From: Mobula hypostoma | Taxonomy: Eukaryota | Direction of reading: 5' to 3' | DNA: 64,000 nucleotides | NCBI RefSeq assembly: GCF_963921235.1 | Contig: NC_086097.1 | Location: forward strand, 124,436,001-124,500,000 | Shown: positions 35,521 through 49,923 of the stretch, one piece after another | Layout of the letters: every line of letters begins with the position of its first letter | Position numbering within the stretch: position 1 is the first letter of the stretch | Notes under the pieces: generated by a model | What the model was told of the DNA's origin: nothing | Database searches by the model: none | Seen by the model: only the letters and a program-made list of their open reading frames with translations | Made by a program: the position numbers and the translations under genes

Positions 35521-38500
35521 AATAGTTATTCATAAATTCTATTGTATTTCTTTACTTTCCTATCAATGTCCGCAAGAAAATTAATCTCAGGGTTGTATAT
35601 GGTGACAAATATGTACTTTGATATATTTATTTTGACTTTGATTTTGAATTTTTGACTTTATTCTATGCAGATTACCCATAGTCCCTTGCTCCTCTCCAAA
35701 CAGTGATGGGCAGAAGGACAACATGGAGCTAAGTCTGTCAAGTGTGGCGATCTGCAGGTGAAACAGCTGGTCACTGGAAACAGTCGGTAGGAAATTCTTG
35801 CAGTGTGTCCAAGCAACCACAAAAATGTCTGCATTCTGCAATCTGCCATTTCCCATGTATCCCACTGGAAAATGACTGCAGGTAACATGGGTGAATTTCT
35901 TTGTAATTCTTTGAGGCTTTTGCCTGTGTAAGTAGTTTTGAAGTGATTCACATTGAAAGTATGAACTCCAGTCAAATCACTGATAAACTCCAATCCAATC
36001 CAATCAAGTTCAGCTCTCTACTCTCAAGGAGGTTACCAAGGTCATCAAATATTTTATTTCCCTTATATTGGACAAATTACGCCATTCAGCCTATCAAGTC
36101 TGCTCTGCCACTGCATCCTGGCTGATTTGTTTTCCTTCTCAACCCCACTACAGGCATTCTCCCCGTAACCTTTGACACCCTGACTGATCAAGAAACTATT
36201 AACCTCCGCTTTAAAAATACCCAATGACTTGACCTCCACAGCCACCTGTGGCAAAGAATTCCACAGACTCACCATGACTGACTAGTCCATTGCCAAATTT
36301 TCTGTTTCCAAGTGTTTATGAAAAGATATAGTTTATTAAGTTATTCAACCAGCCACAGCAAGCATTGAGTACCATGGAGGTGGTCTGCTTAAGCAACGAT
36401 AAGCATATTTCATCTACTCCCAAAAACCCACAGCTACCATGCAAAATAGCCCATTCTCCAGCACACCATTGTGCTGTTTAGTGCTTGTCTTTGTATTTAT
36501 TGCTGTATTTCCATTTTCTGTTGCCATGTGTAATCTTTACTCTGTAAGCTTCGTGTGAACAAGGATTTTCATTGCACGCTGGTGTAATAATCACAGTGGA
36601 ATCACTCGAGTCGAGTACGAGGTCAGGTATCTTAACGGGTTGTCTGTTGGTGGGTCCTCAGTTGGCTGTAGAGGCTGATCTGGGATCCACAGATTTTGAG
36701 GAGCTTGCAGACCTCACAATTCCGCCCTCTTCACCACTTGCTGATTGCCACAGGACTTAATTTGGGATGTTAGGGAGGATTCCCGTACGGGAGAACCGCT
36801 GTGCGTGATTTTGATTAACGTGGGGAGGCTGATTCACAGGGCAGCCACCGCTTGGGGTCAGGGTCCAGGGTCCAGGGTCCAGGGTCACGACTGGGGATCC
36901 TTTCAGTCAACCCCATTTCAATTCAAAGTTTTCATTTTTGATATGTCCTTGTCCTACTCATCACCAATAATGAATTCAATCATATTTGCAAAATCCCACA
37001 GCTGAGAAAGCCACTCTGCTCATTCTGCTTGTTTAAGCTCTTTGAAGAACTATCACATTCCTGGCTCTCCCCATAGCTCTAAAAAGAAAACCTTTCTCAA
37101 ACACATTCAGTTCCCCTTTTGAAAACCATTGCTGGATTTAGTTTCACTGCCCCTGCAGGCAGTGCAAGTCAGATCATAAACCTGCAAGGTGAAGCACTCT
37201 CCCCTGCAACGCTGTCAAAACCTCACAAGATATGTGGCCACGTCTGTTCCGCCATTCCATCATAGCTGATTATTATCCCTCTCAACACCGTTCTCCTGCC
37301 TTCTCCCTATAACCTTTAACACCCTTACTAATCAAGAACACATTAACCTTTGCTTTAAATACAGAAACATAGAAAACCTACAGCACAATACAGTCCATTC
37401 CACCCACAATGCTGTGCCCAACACATACTCACTTTAGAAATTACCTAGGGTTGCCCATAGCCCTCTACTTTTCTAAGCTCCAAATATATGTGACTTGGCC
37501 ACCACAGCTGTCTGTGGCAATGAATTGCACAGATTCATCACCCTCTGGGTAAAGAAATTCCTCCTCCTCTCTTTCTATGTCCTTCGATTCTGAGACTGTG
37601 CCCTCTGGTCCAAAACTCCCTCCACTACAGGAAACATTCCCTCCTTGCCCACACTACCTATGGCTTTCAAATTTTGATCCATTTCAAAGAGATTCCCCCT
37701 TCAGACTTCTATACTTCAGCTGAGTACAGACTCTGAGCCATCAAACAATCCTCTTACTTTATTTTAACCCTTTTGTTCCCAGGGATCATTAGCAGGAACC
37801 TCGTCTGGACCCTCTCCAAGGCCAGCAGAAACATTCTTAGATCGGGGTGTAAAACTGCTCACAATACTCCCAGTGCAGTCCGACCAAAGCCTCAGCGTCA
37901 CTTTCCCTCTTTTATATACAAGTCCACTCAAATAGAATGCTGGCATGTCTGCCTTCTCCATGTACATGAGGTTCCTTGTCCTTGGTAGGATTGTGACCAA
38001 TCCCTCTTTGCTTCCCGCCCTCCATCCCTCCCCAAGGCCCCAGATATAGGACAATATACTGAGGCTGAGATTAACCAAAGTATTGCCATAGTTTGCTTGC
38101 TTTTATGCACTCTGCCTATAACCAAATCCACTGAGCCTGTTGCTATTTCGACTTGCCCAGCATATTTGAACTCTGAACCTCAGGTCTTTGTCCCATATTT
38201 ACTTTTAAATATCACCAGTTGGTCTATGCTTTAATCCCCATTGCTCAAAGGTTTCCTGCAAACTTGGCCTTAATGCCGAAAAGATTCCATGTATCCAATT
38301 TTATCACGTTATCAGTCTTTCTTCCCCACCGCCCTATAATGCAAACATTGTCTCCAGTCTGGATTCTGTTCCCATGCACTGTGGCCGGTTATTTGTTCAG
38401 CTAGTCTCCATAGTAAAGGTGAAGGAAGGTCAAATACTCTTAATTTTAAAATATTAGAACATTTTCCGGGAGATAATCCTCTGAATTCTCTTGAAATGAC

Positions 38501-39084
38501 CCAGGACATATCGGGTGCAACCTCCTTCCCCGTTCCTCTTTAAGCTCTTTGTCCTCCCCAACACTTCGGTCACGTCATCCATCTTCACACCTGCCTTAGA
38601 GCACTTGTTGCCAAAGTCATGGCTTGGTCATCTTCAGAGATAGTCGCCCCACCACTCTGTCCAACATCCCAACTCATCTTACCCAAAACTCCACCGTCTA
38701 TTTTCAAATTCATATCCAATCATCTCTCTTCAACTGTTTTTAGGAACTGCTTCTTCTCCTCGCCATCAGACTTCTGAATGATGCATGAACCCTTGAAAAC
38801 TACCTCACTAATTTTAATTGTTTTACACTTCTATATATAATATTGAAATATATATACATATACTGTATATATAGTAACTTATAGTCTATTTTATGTATTG
38901 AACTGTACTGTTGCTGCAAAACAACAAATTTCATGACGTCAGTGATAACAAAATTGATTCTCAGTGAACTGCATTATCTTCCATTCTCTCAGAGTTCAAC
39001 TGCATTCCCCTTCAACCTCCCAAAAAGTATACAGTTCTCCTGTTTCTGTTTCATATACACACCACTTCCCTCCTTCAGCACTGA

Positions 39085-39185
39085 ATAACACACACACAAA
39101 ATGTTGGATGAACTCCACAGGTTAGGCAGCACCTATGAAAGGGAATAAGCAGTCAATATTTCGGCTGAGAGCCTTCATCAGGACA
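39085..39185 (-). repeat. Penelope-type terminal repeat with a partly intact hammerhead on the gene's sense strand
   Basis: Minus GTC-CTGATGA-A-GGCT(CTC)AGCC-GAAA-TATT-GAC at 39150-39185. Confidence 0.72.
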
Positions 39186-41409
39186 TGTCTTGCTTTCAAT
39201 TGCCTGATCCCAGCCTGCTGATAATCCCTCCCTACACCTTTCAGCCTCGTTCATCTCCTTAAATGTGTTATTTAGTTCCCCTTCCCCTTTTTCTTTCTTT
39301 TATGTGAAGTTAGCTGTGAGCTTACCTGCCCTTACCAAGTGATAACAGTTAAGGTGAAAGGAGAAGTGCATTTGACTTTGCACGGTACTGCTGCGACGGA
39401 ACAACAAGTTTCAAAAGATACACTCAGTGCTTCTTTATTATATATATGGTCTTTTGCTTCAAGGTTCGAGGTTTTGTGCATTCAAAGATGCCCAAAGATG
39501 CTGTTGTAATAGATGGTTACTTAAGTTACTGTTGTCTTCCTGTCAACTTGAACCAGTCTGGCCGTTCTCCTCTGGCCTCTCTTGTTAACAAGGCATTTTT
39601 TAGATTTATTTTTCTTTTTCACACCACTCACTGTAAACTCGAGAGACTGTTGAGAGTGAAAATCCCAGGAGGTTAACAGCTTCTAAGATACTCAAACCAC
39701 CCATCTGGCACCAACAATCATTCCACAGTCAAAGTCACTTAGACCTCCTTTCATCCCCATTCTGATGTTTGACCTGAACAACTGAACTTCTTAACTGTGC
39801 CTGCATTCATTTATGCATTGAGTTGCTGACGCATGATCGGCTGATGAGGTATTTGCATTAACGAGAAAGTGTACCAGATAAAGTGGCCACACAGTGTTCG
39901 GTACATTATCTGAAGGAATTTAAAATATTCAGAACTGACACTGAACTAAATTGTTCCTCTCAATAAACTTGCCAGGTCACCAAATGTTTTGGGAAATGAC
40001 TTTAAACAGGATGAAATGCTGGGGAAGATGACCCAGAGCAGAATTTTGAAGGGAGGGAATGGAAAAATAATTGAATCAAAAATATTTTAAGAATGTGGAG
40101 AGAGGTCAGTTAGCTCTTTCAGAAGCTGTTACATGCACAATGCCCATCTCTTCAGCATTATAGTTTTTTTATTTATGTTTTTCCATTTTTAACTATTACA
40201 AAGAATTTAGAGGAAGTCTACTAGAAGGGAAATCAAACACACAGTTTCATTATAAACAAATCTCATATTAATTATTGTTTTAAATTGTTCAGCTAAACGA
40301 TAATAGAATATTTATTATTTTTGAATGGCCCAGTGGAAAATGTTTTTCCTTTTAGAGCCATGGAGCACTACAGCACAGAAACAGGCTCTTTGGCCCATCC
40401 AGTCTATGCTAACTTTTATTCCGCCTAGTCCCATTGACCCACACTCTCCATACCCCTCCCATCCATCTACTTACCCAAACTCCTCTTAAAAGTCGCAGTC
40501 AAACCTGCATCTACCACTATCTCCAGTAGTTTGTTCCACATTCACGCTGCTCTCTGAGTGAAGGTGGTCCTGCTTAAATATTTCACTTTCAACCTTAACC
40601 TATGACCTCTAGTTCTAGTCTCACCCAGCCTCAGTGGAAAAAGCCTGCTGCATATACCCCAGTAATACCCCTCATAATTTTATTAAATCTCCCCTCATTC
40701 TCCTATGCTCCAGGGAGCAAAGTTTGAACCTGTTCAACCTTTCCCTATAACTCAGGCCGTCAAGTCCTGGCAACATCCTTGTAAATTTTCTCTGTACTCC
40801 TTCAATCTCTTGTATATTTCCTATACATTTAATGCTTCCAGAGATGAGAGGTGGGAATAGGAGAGGTCCAACGACATCAATGCTTTTGTCTGAGAGGAAG
40901 TCCTAGTGGTATCATGTGTCACCTGTGAGAAGCCTGTGCTCCTATCACTTGTAGATAATGAGAACAGCACCTACTTGAAGCAAAGAGGGTCAGAACATTG
41001 AGAGAGAATAAGTTAAAATAAACATAACAATATATCCAAATATGCACTTTAAAATCATATTCAGGTCTGTCCATAACTTTGCCCCTCACTTTTCCACAAG
41101 CTACACAGCCCTCCAAGTTCTGCCACTTGTGCATCCCCAACATCACTAAATTTGCACAACACATCGAACCTTGAAGAGGATAGACTACAGCAGCAGAAGA
41201 CCATGAACATGCACAGTAGCCACTTTATTAGCTACAGGAGGTACCAAATGAGTACATTTGTGGAGGCCCCAGCCACACTGGCAGCTCTACATGATTGTCC
41301 ACCCTTTGCTCTACACTTGCTCCTGTTGCTGGTGACCAAGCGAGATCAAGTCATGTTCAGGAGACTGGGAAGGACATCAATCAATACCAAACAGAGACTG
41401 GACTGGGCA

Positions 41410-41875
41410 GAAGCTTCTTACTTCATCCCTTCCTCCCTCACCCTCTTACCTTCCCCAGCTTCCTGGAATTTCTCTCCCCAACTTCTCCCCCCTTTTCATT
41501 CCCCATTCTGGCTCCCTTCTTACCCCTTCTCTTCTGTTCACCTCCCCGTCATTTCCTTCTGGTGCCCCTCCTCTTCGTCTTTCTCTCATGGTCCACTCAG
41601 ATTCCTTTTACTTCAGCCCTTTACCTCTTCTACCTATCACCTCCCAGCTTCTTACTTCATCCTCCCTCTTCCACCCACTGACCATTCCCCTCACCTCGTC
41701 TCACCTACTGCATCACCTTCTAACTTGTACTGATTTGCTGCCCCCCAACCTTCTTATTCTGGCTTCTTCCCCCTCTCTCTCCAGTCCCAACGAAGGGTCT
41801 TGGCCCAAAATGTTGACTGCTTATTCCCCTCCAGAAATGTTGCCTGACCTGCTGTTCCTCCAGTATTTTGTGCTT
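41410..41875 (+). repeat. Penelope-type end: long polypyrimidine tract plus decayed hammerhead repeat
   Basis: C/T-rich tract then CAGTC-CCAACGA-AGGGTCTTGGCCC-AAAA-TGTT-GACTG at ~41782-41819. Confidence 0.68.
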
Positions 41876-44484
41876 TCTTAAATGTAAAAAGGTGATAGAT
41901 ACATCCCCCACCACCTAATATTCCAGAAATTAAAACTGAGAATGAAAGAACAACCCGTGAGCTGTGCAGTTGTCTGCAGCTTTCGCCCCGACCATTTTAC
42001 TTGGAAGAGTGACTAACCACAGTTTTCACACTCTCAGTTACCAACCAGCCTTCAGTATCATCCAACAGGCATTTCCCGGGCCACCCAATGCACATGCTGA
42101 CCTGTAGCTCTGCTAACAACCTCACTTAATGGCTATTTCTTCACCTGATATGCCGAGCTAACATAGAACAGTACAGTACAGGCCCTACGGCCCACAATGT
42201 TGTGCTGACCATTTAACCTACTTCAAGACCAATCTAACCCTTCCCTCCTACATAGGCATACGGATGACAGAAAAATGGAGGGCTATCTATGAGATTCTTA
42301 AATGTCCCCAGTGTATCTGCCTCTACCAACACCCTTGGCAGTGCATTCCTTGCACTCACCACTCTGTGCAAAAAAAACCTCAGTTCTTGACATTCCCCCT
42401 TCACTCCAGAGAGAAAAGCCCTCAACTCACTCATCCTATCCTCATAGACTTCGAATCAGCACAAGACCAAAGAGCAATATTTGATCCAGTCAAACCACTC
42501 AAAACCACTTAAAGCATTCATTTCTGCACCAATGTTGTTGGTGAGGCCAACATTTGTCATCCATCCTTAGTTGCTCCTGAACTCAGTGGTTTGCTGGGCA
42601 ATTAACTGTGACCAGCATTGGTATCACACGTAATGGACTGAACTGACCCAGCCACTCCAGCTGAGTGCAGTATTCAACACTGCAGGCAAAACCTCCACCA
42701 TGATCTTCCAGCATCTACACATAGACCTGCTTGGGGGTGGAGTTTGAGGCCTAGTGCTCGGGGCCTGTCATCAGCAAGTCTGGTGCTTGAGGTCTAGTAT
42801 TCAGTGATCAGGATAGAGGCTAGGAGTTCAAGTCAGAATCCGGGGCCCGTTGGCTAGAGGCCTGTGCCTGTGAATCCCTGCAAGTCCTTTGGAGTAGTTG
42901 AAGGCTCAATGCCTGTGTGCTCTTGCTCGAATCCAAGGCTGGAGACTGAAGACAACTTGGGATTAGCGGACTGTGTATGTGCATTTGTGGGAGGGAAGAA
43001 TGCAGCTTATTTTGTTGCTGTTGCTTTGCGGCTTGTTGTGCTGTGTTGTTCTGCCGAGCATTGTGGGTATGCCATGTTGGCGCCAAAATGTGTGGTGACA
43101 CCTGGGGCTGTTCCCAGCACAGTGTGTTAGTTGTTAATGCAAATGACACATTTCACTGTATGTTTTGATGGATATGTGATAAATCATCTTGAATCTTGTG
43201 CACCTGAAAGCACCCACAGGTAAACTACTGAGTTGGCCTGTTGTTGAGGCCTTTCTGAATCCAAAGGAGGTAGGAGGCTACTCAGTGTAGGGGCCTTGTT
43301 CCCCTCAGATGTTCCGCACCTTCTTGCAGATCGTGCTAATTGTGTATAACTTAGACCATCCGGGCCTCTCTTCAGAGTGAGGTCAGACATACCACAATGG
43401 TCAGTTGTTCTGGTAATCTCATTGCCTTGCAACCCCAGATCAGGGAAGTATCTACTTCCACTTCTCCAACTTTCCACAGAAACAATTCCGCTCCCTGCTT
43501 AGTGGCTTCACTTTGTTCACTGGTGCAGCTTCTAACCAACAGCTCACTCCAAAGGTTGAGGAACAGACAAATTTCAAGACTCACAGCAGGGTTTACGTAA
43601 AGGTGACAATTTGTTGACCAGCAGGGAATTAATACAAGACTAAAAAGGTGTAACACTATGTGACACGGTTCCTCCCCTCTTCTCATTACTACCAACACAA
43701 AGATACAGGAGTCTGAAGCCACATGCTCAACACTTTAGGAACAGCTTCTTCCCTTCCGCCATCAGATTGCTGGATGGACAATAAACCTATGAACACTATG
43801 TCACTATCATTGCTCTTTTTGTATTACTCATTTAGTTTACAAAATACATTTCTTGTTGTAATTTAAAGTATATTTTATGTTTTGCATTGTATTGCTGCCA
43901 CAAAATCCCAAATTTTCATGACAGTGATAATAAACCTGATTCTGACTCACTTATTTGTTGTGATGTATGGATACTGTTGGAAAGAGCTGCATCGTCTACC
44001 CCTGATTACCCAGTACTCACCAGGTTACTGTGTTATTTGAAAGGACAATTTAACATCATTCATTTTGCCCTATCGGCAGTCGCATATAATGAAGACCATA
44101 AGACTTGGGAGCAGAATTAGGCCATTCGGCCCATCGAGTCTGCTCTGCCATTCCATCATGGCTAATATTGAATCCCTCTCAACATCATTCTCCTGCCTTC
44201 TCCCCATGACCTTTGACACCCTGACTAATCAAGAACCTATCAACCTCCACTTTAAATATACTCAATGACTTGGCTTCCACCTCCACCAGTGGCAATGAAT
44301 TCCACAGATTCACAGCCCTCTGGCTAAATGAATTTCTCCTCATCCGGGGCAACTCATCTTCCCTTACAGCACGTGGGGGGAGGGGTTGTTTAGAGGAGGT
44401 GTGCAGGACAATTTTTTTATGCGGACAAGTCTTTTTATAAACACGGAGAGTGATGCCTGGAACAGGTTGCTGGGGTAGTGGTGG

Positions 44485-47400
44485 TGTAGGGCAACATAAT
44501 TGAGAGAAATGTACACAATTCACAACCACCAACATTGAGTTGGGGTTTGGCTTTAAGAGGCTGGTCAGACGTGATGACATTATTACGTAAAAGGTTTTCA
44601 GCATGCTCTTGTTGTGTAGGTTTTGGGAGTTCAATAAAATGTGTTACGGATTTCATTAAACATATAAAGCCTCACTTTGTTTTATTTGTGCAAACCTACA
44701 TTGGTGACCCCGATGCTCTAGGAGGATTCCGGAGTTATTGAATATGTCGGCCAATGTGGTCACTTCGGAAGTGCCAGAGTTTTGGGAGCAAAATGCCATC
44801 GCTTGGTTTGGACAAACTGGGGCCCAATTTGCACTGTGAGAGATCACTGTCATAAATACCAAATATTTCTTTGTGATAGTGTCACTCAGTAATTACACAG
44901 CTGCAAGAGTGGTGAATCTACCAGAACATATGACTGAACATGATAAATACCAATCGCTGAAAACTCATCCTTTTGGACTTTTGGACCACTGGAGTCCGAG
45001 CACACCAAACAGTTGCCCTTCTTACCCATGCTCGCCAATGTTAGGCCTTCAGAGCTAATGGGCCACTAGTTGTCTCTCCCGGGAAATCACCATCCTTGTT
45101 TTATTTTTAAAGCAGCAAATGCCTGATCAAGTTCACATAGCCCTCGCTAATGCACCCTTGAGGGATTTTAGGAAGCTTGCTAAAATAGCTGATAGTCTAC
45201 ACTCAGCCAGGCAGCAGTGCATAATTCCTCCTCCTTTCCGTACCTCAGCAAGGCCCCCAACACAAGGACGTCCGTGGCTATGAGACAGATGACACTGGGC
45301 CTATGCTTTTACCAAGCTGGCTTTGATAGGAATGCTAGGAAGTGCCACCGCCTTGCAGCTTCAGCAGTGCCTACACATCGGGACATCAGAGGTCTGTGAA
45401 CACCGTGGGTTCCAGCTGCCAGGATGGTCTACTGTTCATCACAGGCTCCTTTTCAGGGCCGTACTTCCTGTGTGACACGGGTGCTGAAGTGAGTATGTTA
45501 CTGGCATCACTAATAATAATTACTTCATTGATCCCGAGTGGGAAATTAATTTGTTACAGCAGCATTTAAAAACACACTTAGCAATAATAATAAATAATAG
45601 TAATAAATATAATAATAGTAACTAATAATAAAATACATAATAATAATTTAACAATGTGTAAAATAATAAAACAGAGACTATTGTACTATGATGTGTGCTC
45701 TCTTTGCACAGAGATGAACTGTTGTATATGCTTATTGATGAGACAGCAAAGAGTGATGAAACCTCGCTGGAGGCCGCCAACGGCTGCAAGATCCTGACTT
45801 ACGGGACATGACGGGTGACGCACTGCTTCAAGTGGGCGACGTTATACTTGGGGCTTCAAGTAGCTAGACCTCTGCTCGGTGCAGATTTCCTGTGTGCCCA
45901 AGGACTGCTAGTCGATCATAAGAACTGCCAGCTTGTGGATGTCAAGGACGTTGGGTTGTTACCTTGCTTCCTCAGCAAGTTCCCCACAAAGACTCCATCA
46001 AGTGCATGCACCATCACATGTGACTTTACTCGACTGCTGGGTGAATTCCAGAACCTCACCGAGCCCACATTCTCCACCGCAGTCACAAAACATGGGGTCG
46101 AGCATCACATTTCCACAACTGGCCCGCCAGTTCATGCCCACGTGTGTAGACTGGAGCCAGAAAAGCTGGCAGCTACCAGGGCAGAGTTTGCCAACATGGA
46201 AAGACTCTGAATTGTACACCAGTCGAATACCCCTGGGCTTCACCCCTCCATATGGTCCCTAAGTGTGACGGTGGTTGTCGCCCATTTGATGAATACTGAC
46301 AGCTTAATGAGGCCAATTGTTACCTAGTCGCTACACATTCAAGACTTTTTGGCATGTCTAGCCGTTAAGTTAATTTTCTCCAAAGTTGATCTAGTTAGGG
46401 GCTACCATCAGGTGTCTGTGTGCTTGGAGGACATTCCCAAAACAACTGTGATAACCCTGTTTGGCCTCATTGAGTTTCTGCACATGCTGTTTAGACTGAA
46501 AAATGCAGCACAGACTTTCCAATGGCTGATGGACTCTGTATTAAAAGACTTAAATTTTCTTTTTGTTTGCCTGGATGACATATTTGTCACCAGTGCGTCC
46601 AAACCCAAACACGTATCTCATCTCCGCATGCTTTTCAAGCACTTAAGCCAACTTGGGTTGATTATTAACCCTGCTCAATGCCAGTTTGGATTGTCAATCA
46701 CTCAGTCACTGATCTTCTTGGCCATCCATCTCCGAAGAAGGTCTGAAACCCCTCCCATCAAAGGTAGGCGCTATTATGCGTTTCCCACTGTCCCGCACTG
46801 CTAAAAAGCTACAGGAGTTTTTAGGCATGGTGAATTTCTGTCACCACTTCATTCTGCAAAGTGCTGAAGTTATGCATCCCCTGTACAGTGTGCTTAAAGA
46901 CAATACCCCTAATCAGGTGCTTGACTGGTCAGTAGACATGACCAGGGCATTTGATGGTCACAACTGATATACAACGTATCAAGGAGAAAAATAATGCCAC
47001 GTCCAATTGCCTCTCATGGCCAGCCGTTGAGACTGTAACGTAGGGGTTAATTATGCTGGCATCGCAGCCGACCAAGTTACTGACCCAGGGGTCCAGGTTT
47101 ACTGAACAGCATTCGGTGGCCTGCAGTTGGCTGACGTTAAGTTCAGGGAGGCTGGTGTTTCTCTCTTGTGCAATGTCTCAATGGGTCACCCTCACTCCAT
47201 TGTGCCCGCAAACTGGAGACAGACTGTTTTCAACTCCATACAAGGTCTCTTGTATCTGGGCTGGAAGGCCTCACAGAAACCAGATGAACCAGAAAGGACG
47301 TGCGTGATTGGACTGCTGCTTATGTGGGGTGCTGGCGGGCAAAAATTAACCATCATGTTCAGGCATCACTGGCAAATTTTGAGGTCCCTAAGCGATGGTT

Positions 47401-48238
47401 TGGCCATGTCAATGTGGATCTTGTTGGTCCTCTTCCCCCCTCCCTCAGTTTCACACACCTCCTTACCATGGTGGACCATACCATCAGGTGGCTAGAGGTC
47501 GTCCCTCTAGCATTGACGATGGCTGCAGATGTGGCTCGGGCTTTCATCAGCACCTGGGTTGCTCTGTTTGGCACCCCATCTGACATTTCCTCCGACCGCA
47601 GTCCCCAATACATTTCAGACCTCTGGGCTGCGGCGGCCCAAAACCTCAGTAATCATGGCCTGCCTCCCATCATGGCGCACAGCACTCTCAGGTTCCTGTT
47701 GACCTACATTCCACCACATTTGTTTCCGTCCGCCATGACGCACACTAACATAGTAAAGATTTTCTATCATAGATAAGTGCGGGGTAATCTCGAACTTATT
47801 TTGACTGATCGCCATAAACCAGCCCACCAGGATTTGGAGTATTCCGCTGCCATGCCCCCTGGCGTCACAACATGACCGTGAGCGTGTCAATACACCTCTG
47901 GGTGAGCCAGAGGCACCTGCGGTTCCTCCACCCATGGAACGCTGGACTCAAGCCGGGTTGCTCGTCCGAGCTCCAGACAGGCTCACAGTGCCAGCTTTAG
48001 TGAATCCTGGGGGTGGGGTGGAGTGTAGGGTAATGTAATTGGGAGGAATGTACATAATTCACAACCATTGGCACTGGGTTGGAGCTTCGATTTAAGAAGC
48101 TGGTCTGACATGATGACGTCACTAGGCAAAAGGCTTTTAGCACGTTCTTGTTGTGTAGGTTTCGGAGTTTAATAAAATGTGTCATGGGTTTCGTTAAACA
48201 TAAAACGCCTCCCTTCACCTTATTTGCGGAAACCTACC
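44485..48238 (+). mobile_element. Gypsy/Ty3 LTR retrotransposon with both LTRs (44485-44700, 48024-48238), decayed gag-pol
   Basis: TGTAGGG...AACCTAC LTRs about 80% identical; PBS TGGTGACCCCGA at 44702; purine-rich tract at 48009-48023; protease FLCDTGAEVS; RT FSKVDLVRGYHQ and CLDD; integrase VNVDLVGPLP and ISSDRSPQY; flanks GTGG/ATGG within a CR1 3' UTR. Confidence 0.92.
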
Positions 48239-48609
48239 ATGGTAACAGATACCCTGGTGGTGCTTAAGAGACTTTGAGACAGTCACATGAGTATGTAAGG
48301 AATGGAGAGTTACGGATCATTTGTAGGCAGAATTGGCAGCGTCCCCTCCCTGAAAGACACCAGAGAACAAGGTGAGCCTTTAATGGAAATTTGGTAGTTT
48401 GACAGGTGTTGACTGCCACTGGGGAAGCTGGGGCCTCCAGAAGGTATTCTCTGCACAGTTTCTGTCACAATATCTTGATCGCTGAAGCAATAATTGAGAC
48501 ACCTTTCCTTCAGGCTGACAATATTACTGACATGAGGAAATGATTACTAAGTGGGGGAGGGGAACCAGTAAATCACTCTGAGAACACGCAGAATCTCATG
48601 ATAATAAAG

Positions 48610-48905
48610 ATAAGGATTAGCTTTTTTTGTCAAATGGACATCCAAACATTCAGAGAAATGTATTGTTTGCGTCAAATCAGTAAGGATTGTGCTGGGCAGC
48701 CCGTCACACTTCTGACACTAACGTTGCACATTCACAGCTCACTAACCCGAACCTCGAGCTTGTGGAATGTGGAGAGGACATCGAAGCACGCAGAGGAAAT
48801 CCACGCGGTCATGGGGAGAATGTACAAACTACCCACTTCCGGGCAGTGGCAGGAATGGTACCCCGATCTGACAACGCAAGCTGCAATAGCATTACGCTAA
48901 CCGCT
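48610..48905 (-). mobile_element. V-domain (HE1-like) SINE
   Basis: Minus strand GTTAGCGTAATGCTATTGCAG head and TTTGTACATTCTCCCCATGACCGCGTGGATTTCCTC V-like domain. Confidence 0.7.
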
Positions 48906-49523
48906 CGGCCGCCGGGCTGCTCAGGGTGGCGCAGTGACACGGCAGTTTTGCATAACGCTCGTTACAGGACCAGCTGTAAGAATAGGGTTCAGCTCCTGCT
49001 GCTGCCCTTACCAGAAAGCTCACAATTCCTGACAACTCACTGAAGATCCCCAGATCAAAATTCCAAGGACCAGTCTGTGTGTGTCATGAAGCAAACTTTT
49101 TTTTGAAAAATGAGCTGTGCTCTGAATACAGTCACATTTATTTTTACTTCTACTCTCTGTGCACAACAGGTGAACTCGCAGAGGTGCCTAAACATGTACA
49201 ACCTTGTCTGGATCATGGAACATATTACTGGGAAATCTAATTGCACGTCCCTAGACCGTGCATCTTTCATTAAGAGCACACCTGCATGGGAAATGAGAGG
49301 CATGCTGTGACAAGCTCCCCGGCTCCTGCCATTTCGAACTAGCTACACGTGGATGCTTACTACTCTGAGGGCAGAAACTTAGGTCCCACACCATCAGGTT
49401 CAGTAACAGTTATTCCACTACAACCGTCAGGGTCCTGAACCAATATGGATAACTTCGCTCACCTCAGCTCTGAACTGACTCCATAACTTATAGACTCATT
49501 TTCATGGACTCCACAGCTCTAGT

Positions 49524-49923
49524 ACGCTGGCCTTAAAACCAGTCGCTTCGGGCAGATAGGGCTCGTCAGCCGTGGTTGGCAGCTCATTTGGGAGAAGGAA
49601 AACTCTGACCTCAAACCCCCGCTGCCTTGCGGCTGTACCCACTCATGGGGAAGGCTTTGGGGGTAAACCTCGAGGGAAAAATCCGGAGCTGGAGTCCCTA
49701 AGGCAGTCCTACATCGAGTTCAATGCCAACTGGCAACTCCTGCGATGCTGCTGGTACCAAACTGTATCAGTCTCTGCCATTCCTGTGGGTTCATCAGTTG
49801 TATGGAGAGAGGGTCTTGTCACATGGGTAACAAATTGCTCTCCATATTGTACTGTCCAAACTTGCTTACCTCGTCAGCTAGGACGCGACATCCTTGATTG
49901 TTGGAGGGCTCAGACAGACAGAG
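49524..49923 (+). mobile_element. 400-bp non-autonomous retroposon (RTE-like) with (CAGA)n tail, inserted in a Rex-like 3' UTR
   Basis: ACA(G/A)CTCTAGT duplicated at 49513-49523 and 49924-49934; ggagaaggaaaactctga motif resembling RTE 5' UTRs (recalled). Confidence 0.65.

Noticed and set aside
41152..41733. 193-aa Pro/Ser/Phe-rich ORF
   Set aside because: Open only because the polypyrimidine tract lacks stop codons.
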